Source of the DNA: an uncultured Akkermansia sp.
GTDB taxonomy: Bacteria > Verrucomicrobiota > Verrucomicrobiia > Verrucomicrobiales > Akkermansiaceae
Assembly: GCA_947626635.1 (NCBI GenBank)
Contig: CANQSY010000001.1
Coordinates: forward strand, 592-64,591
Reading direction: 5' to 3'
DNA length: 64,000 nt
Shown: one piece after another, positions 45,114 through 53,956 of the stretch
Numbering within the stretch: the stretch's first letter is position 1
How the letters are laid out: each line of letters starts with the position of its first letter
Position numbers and translations under genes: made by a program
The notes under the pieces: model-generated
Told to the model about the DNA's origin: nothing
Database searches by the model: none
Seen by the model: the letters and a program-made list of their open reading frames with translations, nothing else

Positions 45114-46586
45114 TTAAACTTTCAATCGGGCGAGGATGAGCTGGGTGACAAGTTTCGGGTTGGGCTTGGGCTGAGCCACTTTCATGACTTTGCCTGTGAG
45201 GGCATTGACGAGCTTGGCATTGCCGGCGCGCACGAGCTCCACCATGTCCGGATTCTCTGCCAAAACGCGATCGACCATCGACTCCAACTCTCCGGCGTCG
45301 GCTTTCTTGTAACCCAGTTGATCAGCGGCATCGGCTGCACTTTTCTCCGGATGCGCCCACATGAGCTCCAGCACCTCACGCGCCTGACTGGTGGAGACCA
45401 CTCCCTGCTCCACGATACCGACAAGATCCGCGAGGGCCGAGGGAGAAACGGGGCACTCCGCGAGAGAAACGTTTTTTTCCGCAAGCACACCCGAAAGCGT
45501 GTTAAGCACCCAGTTGGCCACCTTCTTGGTCGGCGCCTTGTTCTCCTTTGTCGCCGCCTCAAAATAGGTGCACAGCTCCCCGTCACTCACCAGCGCCGTC
45601 GCATCTGCCGAGGGCAAGCCATATTCCTCCATCAATCGCTGCCGTCGTGCGTTCGGCAGCTCCTGTATATTCTGCTTCACACGCTCCACAAGGGGGGCTG
45701 TGTGGATGGGAATGAGGTCCGGACAAGTGTGGTAGCGGTAATCGTGGGCATTTTCTTTGGTACGCATGACCACACTCTCACCGAGGGCATCATCCCAGCG
45801 GCGGGTGGACTGCACCTGTGCGATACCCGCATCCAGTTCCTCCGCCTGGCGACGAATCTCGTAGATAAGCGCTCGGCGAGCCGCGGACATGGAATTGATG
45901 TTTTTCATCTCAATTTTGGCGCCGAGTTCCTCCTGCCCCTTGGGGCGAAGGGACACATTGACGTCACAGCGCATCTCACCCTTTTCCATATCGGCATGGG
46001 AAATGCCGGCGCAGATCATCATCTGCTGAAGACTCTTGAGGTAGGCATACGCTTCATCCGGCGTGTGGAGGTCCGGGGCAGAGACAATTTCCATGAGTGG
46101 CGTGCCGCCGCGATTGTAGTCCACGAGCGAATAGCCGGCATAATGGGTAAGCTTGGCTGCATCCTCCTCGAGATGGATGTGGTCCAGCTGAACGCGGCGC
46201 ACGACTCCGTCCTGCGAAGCCGGTAGTTTGGTATGAGGAGGAAAAGCCCACTCGTAGAGAGGAACCGAGCCGCCCATGCAGAGCGGGAGATCCAGCTGAC
46301 TCGTCTGGTAATTTTTCGGCATATCCGGATAAAAGTAATTTTTCCGATCCCATTTGCTGATTTCCGGTATGCGACAGTCCAACAAGAGACCGGCAAGAAT
46401 GGTGCGCTCAATGGCGTACTCGTTGAGCACGGGAAGAGCACCCGGCATGCCGAGACAAGTGGGGCAAACGTTTGTGTTCGGTTCATAGCCAAAGCCGGCT
46501 CGGCAAGTGCAGAACATCTTGGTGGCTGTATTGATCTGGCAATGAACCTCGAGTCCTATGGTTACCAGGTAGTCGTCGACAGGCAT
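45114..46586 (-). CDS. gatB: Asp-tRNA(Asn)/Glu-tRNA(Gln) amidotransferase subunit B
   Basis: IGLEVH, RKNYFYPDMPKNYQ, HLEEDA, DYNRGGTPLMEIVS, MRCDVN, DYRY. Confidence 0.97.
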   Translation of the reverse strand: MPVDDYLVTIGLEVHCQINTATKMFCTCRAGFGYEPNTNVCPTCLGMPGALPVLNEYAIERTILAGLLLDCRIPEISKWDRKNYFYPDMPKNYQTSQLDLPLCMGGSVPLYEWAFPPHTKLPASQDGVVRRVQLDHIHLEEDAAKLTHYAGYSLVDYNRGGTPLMEIVSAPDLHTPDEAYAYLKSLQQMMICAGISHADMEKGEMRCDVNVSLRPKGQEELGAKIEMKNINSMSAARRALIYEIRRQAEELDAGIAQVQSTRRWDDALGESVVMRTKENAHDYRYHTCPDLIPIHTAPLVERVKQNIQELPNARRQRLMEEYGLPSADATALVSDGELCTYFEAATKENKAPTKKVANWVLNTLSGVLAEKNVSLAECPVSPSALADLVGIVEQGVVSTSQAREVLELMWAHPEKSAADAADQLGYKKADAGELESMVDRVLAENPDMVELVRAGNAKLVNALTGKVMKVAQPKPNPKLVTQLILARLKV

Positions 46587-46593
46587 AAGTTTT

Positions 46594-47535
46594 TCATTGA
46601 GGGAGGGTTAAACCGACGCCCTCATGCAGGGCATCATCCAAATCAGTGCGGAAACTCGCATCGAACACATCGTCGAAACACTCTGCATGCGTGCAGCTCA
46701 AACTCTCGTACACGTCATCCAACGCATCAGAAAAGGTGTCAAATTGCTCGCTATCGTAACCGGGAAGCCCAACGATGCGAACGATCTCATTGCGGATCTT
46801 CCAGAGAACAGTTTCCAACTCACGACAGACGCCCAGCAGCTCTTCGCGCTGGTTGTCCGGGAAGTTGAATGCGCAGAGACGCAACTCCGGCTGTGCATCG
46901 CTCATTTTTTTTGCCAATTGGTGCAACTGCGGCGCGATACGGGTCGCCGTCGGGGCATCCTTGACCATGACGAGTAAGCTCAACAGTTGATCGTCCGGCT
47001 TCCGCAGCGCGCGGAGGCGACGAATCTCAATGACGGCGGCGGACGATGTGAGCACAAGTGTCGTGGTATGCAAATACACCTCATCCTCATCGCTGAATAT
47101 GCCCTCCCGTATTGCCTTGGTAAAGGCGCGGGTGAGCCCCGCCGAACCGTAACAGCGAGCGCGACAAAGGCTGGTAAACTCGCTGCTCAGCTCTTCATAC
47201 GCCTCCGCAATCCGATACGTATCCTCGTTGTCCAGCGCCTCGACGTCCAGCGCCTGCGCGTCAGCATCAAACATAGCGTTGCTCAATTCAGCGGATTGTT
47301 CGACAAGGCGGGAAAATTTCTCCGCCGCCCGATCAGCCGTCTCCTTGTTCATGACGCCGGAAAGCAGCAGCCACATCTCATTGGTGACGCGTAAAAGCTT
47401 CGAGGAGACAGCTCCGCCGTCCGGATTTCGTCCCTGCTCGGGAGCCGTTCCGGCAGCAAACGCTGACGGCAGCAAAATGATTGCTGCTATCACAAAGCCC
47501 GTCAGCCGCCAGATCCCTTTCATCTCGCCGCTCAT
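46594..47535 (-). CDS. Secreted hypothetical protein with two internal alpha-helical repeats
   Basis: Signal peptide ending SAFA-AG; duplicated LLxxVxxxxTAxRxA segments. Confidence 0.72.
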   Translation of the reverse strand: MSGEMKGIWRLTGFVIAAIILLPSAFAAGTAPEQGRNPDGGAVSSKLLRVTNEMWLLLSGVMNKETADRAAEKFSRLVEQSAELSNAMFDADAQALDVEALDNEDTYRIAEAYEELSSEFTSLCRARCYGSAGLTRAFTKAIREGIFSDEDEVYLHTTTLVLTSSAAVIEIRRLRALRKPDDQLLSLLVMVKDAPTATRIAPQLHQLAKKMSDAQPELRLCAFNFPDNQREELLGVCRELETVLWKIRNEIVRIVGLPGYDSEQFDTFSDALDDVYESLSCTHAECFDDVFDASFRTDLDDALHEGVGLTLPQ

Positions 47536-47624
47536 TGTACACGCTTACCCCACCGTTTTCAAGTCCGACTTTACAAACAGGGACTACCAGTCACATCCGT
47601 CCCAAGAAAAACGAGGGCAATAAG

Positions 47625-48020
47625 GGGCGCCGGGCGCCTTCGGCGCCTATTTACGATTTTCGATTTTCGATTTACGATTTCAGGGAATTCGCGCGCGAAG
47701 CGCGGGATATGCCAGGCAGTAGCGAAGCGGAATTTTCGAGGACGAGGGGCGGTGATGAAAGGAAAGCGGCGGAGGGCCGGGCGCCTTCGGCGCCTATTTA
47801 CGATTTTCGATTTTCGAATTACGATTTGGAATGCTAGCGCGCCAAAGGCGCGGGATATGCGATGCAAGGGCATCGGTGGTGGGATCAATCATGGCGGGAT
47901 GTTATGAGGAAAGCGGCCGGGCGGCGTTCCGCCGCCTATTTACGAATTACGATTTACGAATTACGATTTGGGATGCTAGTGCGCCAAAGGCGCGGGGGAG
48001 CGGAGCGCCTCCTTGCGCTC
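47625..48020 (+). repeat. Modular repeat array (3 cores) between divergent genes
   Basis: Cores at 47648, 47795, 47937; one module nearly identical to 25081-25180. Confidence 0.92.
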
Positions 48021-48102
48021 AGAGAAATTTTATGGGGGACACGTGTGGGGACAGGTGGAAAAATGTATAGGAGGAAGGCGAAACACCGCCTGTTCATTTG
48101 GC

Positions 48103-48131
48103 TTGCAAAATGGGGCATGGAGTGGTATGGT
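48103..48131 (+). promoter_or_regulatory. Promoter of the MBL hydrolase operon (probably leaderless)
   Basis: TTGCAA-17bp-TATGGT, 7 nt before ATG 48139. Confidence 0.6.
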
Positions 48132-48138
48132 TCTGCGC

Positions 48139-48765
48139 ATGCGTTCGCAGATCCAACAGTATACCGGCGGTCCCCTCATGTGCAATGGGTACCTGGTAGA
48201 GGCTGCACCGGGCGTGTTTGTGGCGATTGATGCCCCGGCGGGTTTTGCCGACTGGCTGCGGGGTGTCCTGCCGCCGAACGCCCGTCTGGCGCATCTGCTC
48301 ATCACGCACCAGCACTTTGACCATATTGCGGACGTCCGGCAGCTCGTGCAGGAAACAGCTTGCGAGGTTCACGCCTGCGCGCCGTACAGTGCGCAGCTCA
48401 CTCTCGAAGGTCACGCCCGGAGCTGGGGCATTCCGGAGCCTCCTTCCTTCCGAGTGGTCCGTACCTACCCCGAGGGCACGCACGAACTCCGACTCGCGGA
48501 CGCGGTGTGGCAGGCTCTGCACGTGCCGGGGCACTCCACCGACAGCCTCGCGTGGTACCTTGCAGATGCCCGAGCCGTCTTCACCGGAGATGCCCTCTTT
48601 GCCGGCAGCATCGGTCGCACGGATCTGCCCGGCGGCAGCGCCGCCCAACTTGTGCAGAGCATTCGCGAAAAACTCCTTCCTCTGCCGCCCCGAACCGAGG
48701 TTCTTCCGGGGCATGGCGCCTCGTCAACCATCGGCGAAGAAGAAATCAATAACCCCTTCTTATAA
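48139..48765 (+). CDS. MBL-fold metallo-hydrolase (YcbL/glyoxalase II-like)
   Basis: THQHFDH, PGHS, TGDALF..SIGRTDLPGG, PGHG. Confidence 0.92.
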   Translation: MRSQIQQYTGGPLMCNGYLVEAAPGVFVAIDAPAGFADWLRGVLPPNARLAHLLITHQHFDHIADVRQLVQETACEVHACAPYSAQLTLEGHARSWGIPEPPSFRVVRTYPEGTHELRLADAVWQALHVPGHSTDSLAWYLADARAVFTGDALFAGSIGRTDLPGGSAAQLVQSIREKLLPLPPRTEVLPGHGASSTIGEEEINNPFL

Positions 48766-48784
48766 CACAAACGACGCGCATCAC

Positions 48785-49987
48785 ATGATGACATTTGAAG
48801 AACTAGGATTATCCGGGCCCGTGCTGCAGGCTGTCAAGGATTGTGGCTACGTAGCCCCTACCCCCATCCAGGAACAGGCCATCCCCTTCATCTTGCAGGG
48901 ACGCGACGTCATCGGCGCCTCCCAAACGGGGACCGGGAAGACGGCCGCCTTTGCCCTGCCGATACTGACTCGCCTCCGCCACACCGGTCAACCTCAAGTA
49001 CTCATCCTCGAACCCACCCGCGAGCTGGCCGACCAACTGGCCGAGGCTTTTCGTCAGTACGGAGCTCACACGGATATCACCATCGCCCTCCTCTACGGTG
49101 GCGTCGGTTACGGTCAACAAGCCACTGCCCTGAAAGCCGGCGCTGATATCGTCGTCGCCACACCGGGACGCCTCGTGGACCACTTCTACCGCGGCAACAT
49201 GAAGTTCAAGGAGGTGAAGACCCTCGTGCTGGACGAGGTGGACCGCATGACGGACATGGGATTTCTGCCCATCGTGCGCAAAATTGTCAATCTGTGTCCC
49301 TGGGAGGGTCGACAGACGCTCTTTTTCTCAGCGACGATGCCGCAGGTACTCCAGGGCTTTGCGAAGTGGTGCCTGACCGATCCGCAAGAGGTGGCCATCG
49401 CCCGGCGCGAGGTGGCGGCCACGATCTCGCACGCCTTCTACCCGGTGGGACTCGACCAGCGCGATGAGCTGCTGCTGGCTCTCGTCAAAGCGACGAATTT
49501 CCACAATCTGATGATATTCACGCGTACGCGCAAGGAAGCCGACATGGTGGCCAACATGCTGAGCAGCGCGGGCTGGGGACGCGAAGTCACCGCCATGCAC
49601 TCTGATATTCCTCAAAAGGAGCGCATGGCCGCCCTCAAGGGCTTCAAGGAGGATAAGTACCGCATCCTCGTCGCCACGGATGTCGCCGCTCGCGGTATCG
49701 ACATCAATGATGTGACGCACGTCATCAACTACCGCGTCCCGGAAAATCCGGAGGACTACGTGCACCGCATCGGACGCACGGGGCGTGCCGAGGCTCAGGG
49801 AGACGCCTTCACCCTGCTCACGGCGGATGAGATTGACTTCGCCAAGAGTGTGGAGATTTTCCTCAAGCAGAAGGTCGAGCGCCGCAAGCTGGAAGGATTC
49901 CCGTACGCCTACACAGCCCTTCTGGATGAAGCCGCTCCTCCTCTCCGCAAGCCCCGTCCCGCAGCCAAGGGCAGTCGTCGTCGTTAA
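48785..49987 (+). CDS. DEAD/DEAH-box RNA helicase (RhlE-like)
   Basis: Q motif PTPIQ, TGTGKT, PTRELA, TPGRL, DEVD, SAT, ARGID, HRIGRTGR. Confidence 0.95.
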   Translation: MMTFEELGLSGPVLQAVKDCGYVAPTPIQEQAIPFILQGRDVIGASQTGTGKTAAFALPILTRLRHTGQPQVLILEPTRELADQLAEAFRQYGAHTDITIALLYGGVGYGQQATALKAGADIVVATPGRLVDHFYRGNMKFKEVKTLVLDEVDRMTDMGFLPIVRKIVNLCPWEGRQTLFFSATMPQVLQGFAKWCLTDPQEVAIARREVAATISHAFYPVGLDQRDELLLALVKATNFHNLMIFTRTRKEADMVANMLSSAGWGREVTAMHSDIPQKERMAALKGFKEDKYRILVATDVAARGIDINDVTHVINYRVPENPEDYVHRIGRTGRAEAQGDAFTLLTADEIDFAKSVEIFLKQKVERRKLEGFPYAYTALLDEAAPPLRKPRPAAKGSRRR

Positions 49988-50023
49988 TCCCTGCTTGACC
50001 CGACCGCACGCTTCATCGCGCCC

Positions 50024-50530
50024 ATGCGAGTGCTTTCCATAGACCCCGCTATTCGCAACACCGGATACGCCGTGATTGAGGGCGACCACAAGCAGGCGCG
50101 CGCCCTGGAGTACGGCACACTCTCGTTGAAGGCCTCCCTGGCGCAAAGCGAATGCCTGTTGCAAATACACCGTAAGGTCATTGAGCTTATCGAAAAATGG
50201 ACGCCCGATGAACTCGCCATCGAGGGCATCATCTACGTCCAATCGCACCGCACCGCCATCAGCATGGGGTCCGCCCGCGCCGCCACCGTCATCGCCGCCG
50301 CCGCCAAAGGTCTTCCCATCATGGAATATCCTCCTTCCTGCGTCAAGCAGGCTGTCGTCGGTATCGGCGGAGCCGACAAGAGTCAGGTAGCTTTTATGAT
50401 GCGCGCCCTGCTCGGGCTGGATAAGACGCCGGCACCGGATGCTGCGGATGCTTTAGCCATCGGTTTTGCGCATTTATCGGCAGCGGATCCCCTGCGCGCC
50501 CATCTCTTTGCCAAGCGCAAGTACATTTGA
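50024..50530 (+). CDS. ruvC: Holliday junction resolvase RuvC
   Basis: SIDPAIRNTGY, LAIEG, VKQAVVG.GGADKSQV, DAADALAI. Confidence 0.95.
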   Translation: MRVLSIDPAIRNTGYAVIEGDHKQARALEYGTLSLKASLAQSECLLQIHRKVIELIEKWTPDELAIEGIIYVQSHRTAISMGSARAATVIAAAAKGLPIMEYPPSCVKQAVVGIGGADKSQVAFMMRALLGLDKTPAPDAADALAIGFAHLSAADPLRAHLFAKRKYI

Positions 50531-50551
50531 TGAAGGAGGGGAGACAATCGT

Positions 50552-52558
50552 TCACTCCTCGCTGAGGAGCGCGCGCATGGAGTCAAAGAAGTTGATGCAT
50601 TCCTCCTCCGTTGCGGGCGCGGCCATCATGGCGTCGTAATCCACGAACTCGTACAAACTGTCGGGTATCTCTTCAATAAATTCCGAAGGGGCGCATTTCT
50701 CTTCCTTGCCGTAGCGCACGCGCTTGGAGCAGTAGGAAAGCGTCAGTTTTTCCTGAGCTCGGGTGATGCCGACGTAGAGAAGACGCCTTTCCTCATCCAG
50801 ATTGCCCTCGTCCACGGATCGGGAGTGCGGCAGCAGTCCCTGCTCCACCCCCACGATATACACCACGGGGAACTCAAGACCCTTCGCCGCGTGCATGGTG
50901 ATGAGGCATACTCCCTTCTTCCCCTCGATGTCATCCTCCTCCTGGCGGGCGTCGTCGAGACAGATATCGGCGAGCAGGTCCGTCAGTTTACCGGGTTTCG
51001 GCTGCAAGCTGTTCATGGTCTCCAGCAGCTCATCCACCGACGCCTCACGCTGGAGCCTCTCCTCCTCGGTCTTGCAACTGCGCGCAATGTATTCCCTGTA
51101 GCCCACCTCCTCGAGGAAACGTCGCAGCACGGCGGCGTGCGGTTCCCTCGCGGCGCTGAATTGGTCGATGTACCTGCGCATCATCGAGGTGAAGGAACGA
51201 ATGGCGGACATCGACCGCTCGCTGCAATCCTCCGCCAATCGTTCGTCGAGCAGCGTTTCCCAGACGCTCTTGCGCAACTCGCGGCTTTTATCGATGATGA
51301 CTCCCGCCGTGGTCGAGCTGATGCCGCGCGGCGGCGTGTTGAGAATGCGCAGCAGGTGCAGATCCGCCGCAGGGTTGTCCATGGCGTGCAAGTAACTGAG
51401 GATGTCCTTGATCTCCCGTCGGTCAAAAAAGCTCTTGGAGCCCACCATCCTGTAAGGGATATGGTTTTCGCGCATAGCGACCTCGAGGGCACGGCTCTGG
51501 GCGTTGGCTCGGAAAAGCACGGCGAAGGCCTCCCAGGGACGCTTTTCTCTTGTGTGGGCATCCGCTATTTCCTGCGCCACGAAGGCGGCCTCCTCTTCAG
51601 CCCCGGAGATGCCCACGAGGCGCACGGCGTCGCTCCCCATTTTCGTGGTACGCAGCGTTTTCTCCCGTCGTCCGACATTGTGGCGGATGAGGGCGTTGGC
51701 GCAGTCCAGCACCTGTCGGGTGCAACGGTAATTTTCCTCGAGCTTGATGACTTTCGGATTCGGAAAGTAGCTCTCAAACTCCAGGATGTTGGATATCTGC
51801 GCCCCGCGCCAACCGTAGATCGATTGATCATCGTCGCCCACCACGCACACGTTGCGTTTCTCGTCCACCAGCTGCCTCAACAAGCTCATCTGCAGCGAAT
51901 TCGTGTCCTGGAATTCATCCACCGTGATGTGCGTGTATCGTTTCTGCCAGCGCTCATGCACATCCGGATAGCAGCGCAGCAGACGCTCCGCCAGAATGAG
52001 CAAATCATCGAAATCCAGGGCATTCTGGGCCTTGAGGGCGCGCTGGTAGGCGCCGGCGACGGCGGAGATGAGCGAGTCGTCGATCTGCTTGTACGTGAGC
52101 CCGCGGTTACGGACGGCGGAGTAGGCGGCGATGACTTGAGCCGGCTCGAGTTTTTCGTTGCGGGCGCCCTGCTCGACGATTAATTTTTTGATGAGTCCGG
52201 TCTGGTCGCTGCCGGTGAAGATGGAAAAATTTTCCTTGTAGCCGAGTCGGCCTATCTCGCGCCGCAGGATACGCACGCAGAGGGAGTGGAACGTACATAC
52301 CGTCATCTGCTTCGCCGCTTCGCGGTCCACCAATCCCCCCACGCGCTCCGCCATCTCCCGCGCCGCCTTGTTCGTGAAGGTCAGCGCCAGGATACCACGC
52401 GGATCCACCCCCTTTTCCAGCATATTCGCGATGCGGCAGGTCACCGTCCGCGTCTTTCCCGTCCCTGCCCCGGCCAGGATAAGCACGGGACCGTCCAGCG
52501 TCCGCACCGCCTCCCGCTGCGCCGCATTCAATTTCCTGATGTCAAATTTTTCTCCCAT
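50552..52558 (-). CDS. UvrD/Rep/PcrA family DNA helicase
   Basis: AGAGTGKT, TFTNKAA, DEFQDT, VGDDDQSIY, LEENYR, KGLEF, EERRLLYVGITRA. Confidence 0.96.
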   Translation of the reverse strand: MGEKFDIRKLNAAQREAVRTLDGPVLILAGAGTGKTRTVTCRIANMLEKGVDPRGILALTFTNKAAREMAERVGGLVDREAAKQMTVCTFHSLCVRILRREIGRLGYKENFSIFTGSDQTGLIKKLIVEQGARNEKLEPAQVIAAYSAVRNRGLTYKQIDDSLISAVAGAYQRALKAQNALDFDDLLILAERLLRCYPDVHERWQKRYTHITVDEFQDTNSLQMSLLRQLVDEKRNVCVVGDDDQSIYGWRGAQISNILEFESYFPNPKVIKLEENYRCTRQVLDCANALIRHNVGRREKTLRTTKMGSDAVRLVGISGAEEEAAFVAQEIADAHTREKRPWEAFAVLFRANAQSRALEVAMRENHIPYRMVGSKSFFDRREIKDILSYLHAMDNPAADLHLLRILNTPPRGISSTTAGVIIDKSRELRKSVWETLLDERLAEDCSERSMSAIRSFTSMMRRYIDQFSAAREPHAAVLRRFLEEVGYREYIARSCKTEEERLQREASVDELLETMNSLQPKPGKLTDLLADICLDDARQEEDDIEGKKGVCLITMHAAKGLEFPVVYIVGVEQGLLPHSRSVDEGNLDEERRLLYVGITRAQEKLTLSYCSKRVRYGKEEKCAPSEFIEEIPDSLYEFVDYDAMMAAPATEEECINFFDSMRALLSEE

Positions 52559-52564
52559 AAAATC

Positions 52565-53236
52565 TCAATACCCTTCCGTGTTCAAAAAACTCGGCGGCGG
52601 TGTACCGACGCGCACGCATTCCATCCCCGCCGCGCGCGCGGCCTGCATCCCCGGCTCAGCATCCTCAAACACGACGCAATCCTGCGGCGCCGCCTGCATC
52701 CTTTCCGCCGCGCACAAAAAAATATCCGGAGCCGGCTTGCCGTACGCCACATCCTCCGGTGTGATGATGAGCGGAAAGAGCTCCTCAATACCCGCCGCGC
52801 GCAAGGTGGCCAGAGCCCCGGGTATCGCGCTGCCGGTGCCGATGGCGTAGGGAATCCCTCGCTCGCGCAGGCTACGCACCAGCTGCACGGTCTCCGGGAT
52901 GATTTTCAGCTCGCCTTCACTCAAGTAGGTGGCATAGAGCGCCCTCTTCTCGTCCGCCGTAGCGGCCGGCTGCATGCTCAGTCCGTACTGCTCATTGAGC
53001 CCGCGCACAATGTCCACCGCCGCGATCCCGCCATGCGCCAGGAATTCCTGCCACCCGAACACCTCTCTCGGCGCACCGTGTCGGCGCAGCGCCTCGCGCC
53101 ATGCCCGGTAGTGCAGCGGCATGCTCTCCACGAGCGTTCCATCCAGATCAAAGATATACCCCTTAAACACTCTTTCCGGGATGACAACCCTGCCCGCACT
53201 CATTCTCTCTCCCTGCATCCTGTTCCTTTCATTCAC
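52565..53236 (-). CDS. HAD family phosphatase (YqaB/beta-PGM-like)
   Basis: FDLDGTL, KPAPD, FED. Confidence 0.9.
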   Translation of the reverse strand: MNERNRMQGERMSAGRVVIPERVFKGYIFDLDGTLVESMPLHYRAWREALRRHGAPREVFGWQEFLAHGGIAAVDIVRGLNEQYGLSMQPAATADEKRALYATYLSEGELKIIPETVQLVRSLRERGIPYAIGTGSAIPGALATLRAAGIEELFPLIITPEDVAYGKPAPDIFLCAAERMQAAPQDCVVFEDAEPGMQAARAAGMECVRVGTPPPSFLNTEGY

Positions 53237-53937
53237 AGCGCGAAGCCGTCTGCAAAACGTTTCAGGTCCTCATCCTTGCCGAAAAGAACCAGCACATCAC
53301 CCTCCTGGAATTGCATGGAGGGCTCCGGCGTATCAATGACCGGTTGCTCCGGCTGCAGGATAACATCGTCGGTTTCTGCCGGCACGGTCGGTTTTCCGCG
53401 ACGCACGGTGAGTAAGTTGAGATGGTAACGACTGCGCAGTTCCACCTCCACGAGACTCTTGTCCACCCATGCCCCCGGCAGATTCACCTCCGCCAGCGAA
53501 TGGGTCGGGTCGATCTTGCGCAAGCGCATCAACCCCTCGTTGACAAAACGCGTCGCCAGCTGCTTCGCCGCCACATCCTCCACGCGGAACAGCTCGGATA
53601 CGCCGATAAGCTTGAGCACCTTCCCCTGCAGATCATTCACGGATCGCGCATAGAGGTGCTTGACGCCGCCGATCTCCTTCATCTGTGCCGCGATGAGCAG
53701 GCTGCGCTCGAAACTCTCCCCCACCGCGATGATCACGCAGGTGTCATCTCCCAAATCCAACTGCTTGAGCAGGCGCACATCGGTCGCATCCCCGACAATA
53801 GCGCAGGCCACGCTGTCTTTGAGTTCTGTGACGACGGATTCTCGCTCGTCGATGATAGTGACCTCAAACCCGTTCTGGGTGAGATTGAGGGCGAGGGCTC
53901 GTCCGAATTGACCGATTCCGATGATGACGAATTTCAT
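53233..53937 (-). CDS. TrkA/KtrA family potassium uptake regulatory subunit
   Basis: IGIGQFG Rossmann motif, RCK_N plus TrkA_C. Confidence 0.9.
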   Translation of the reverse strand: MKFVIIGIGQFGRALALNLTQNGFEVTIIDERESVVTELKDSVACAIVGDATDVRLLKQLDLGDDTCVIIAVGESFERSLLIAAQMKEIGGVKHLYARSVNDLQGKVLKLIGVSELFRVEDVAAKQLATRFVNEGLMRLRKIDPTHSLAEVNLPGAWVDKSLVEVELRSRYHLNLLTVRRGKPTVPAETDDVILQPEQPVIDTPEPSMQFQEGDVLVLFGKDEDLKRFADGFAL

Positions 53938-53956
53938 GGCGTTCTGGTGGTGATAT

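Noticed and set aside
37159-46586. Co-occurrence of glnS and gatB as an anomaly
   Set aside because: Common: GatCAB can serve Asn-tRNA formation when GlnRS is present.
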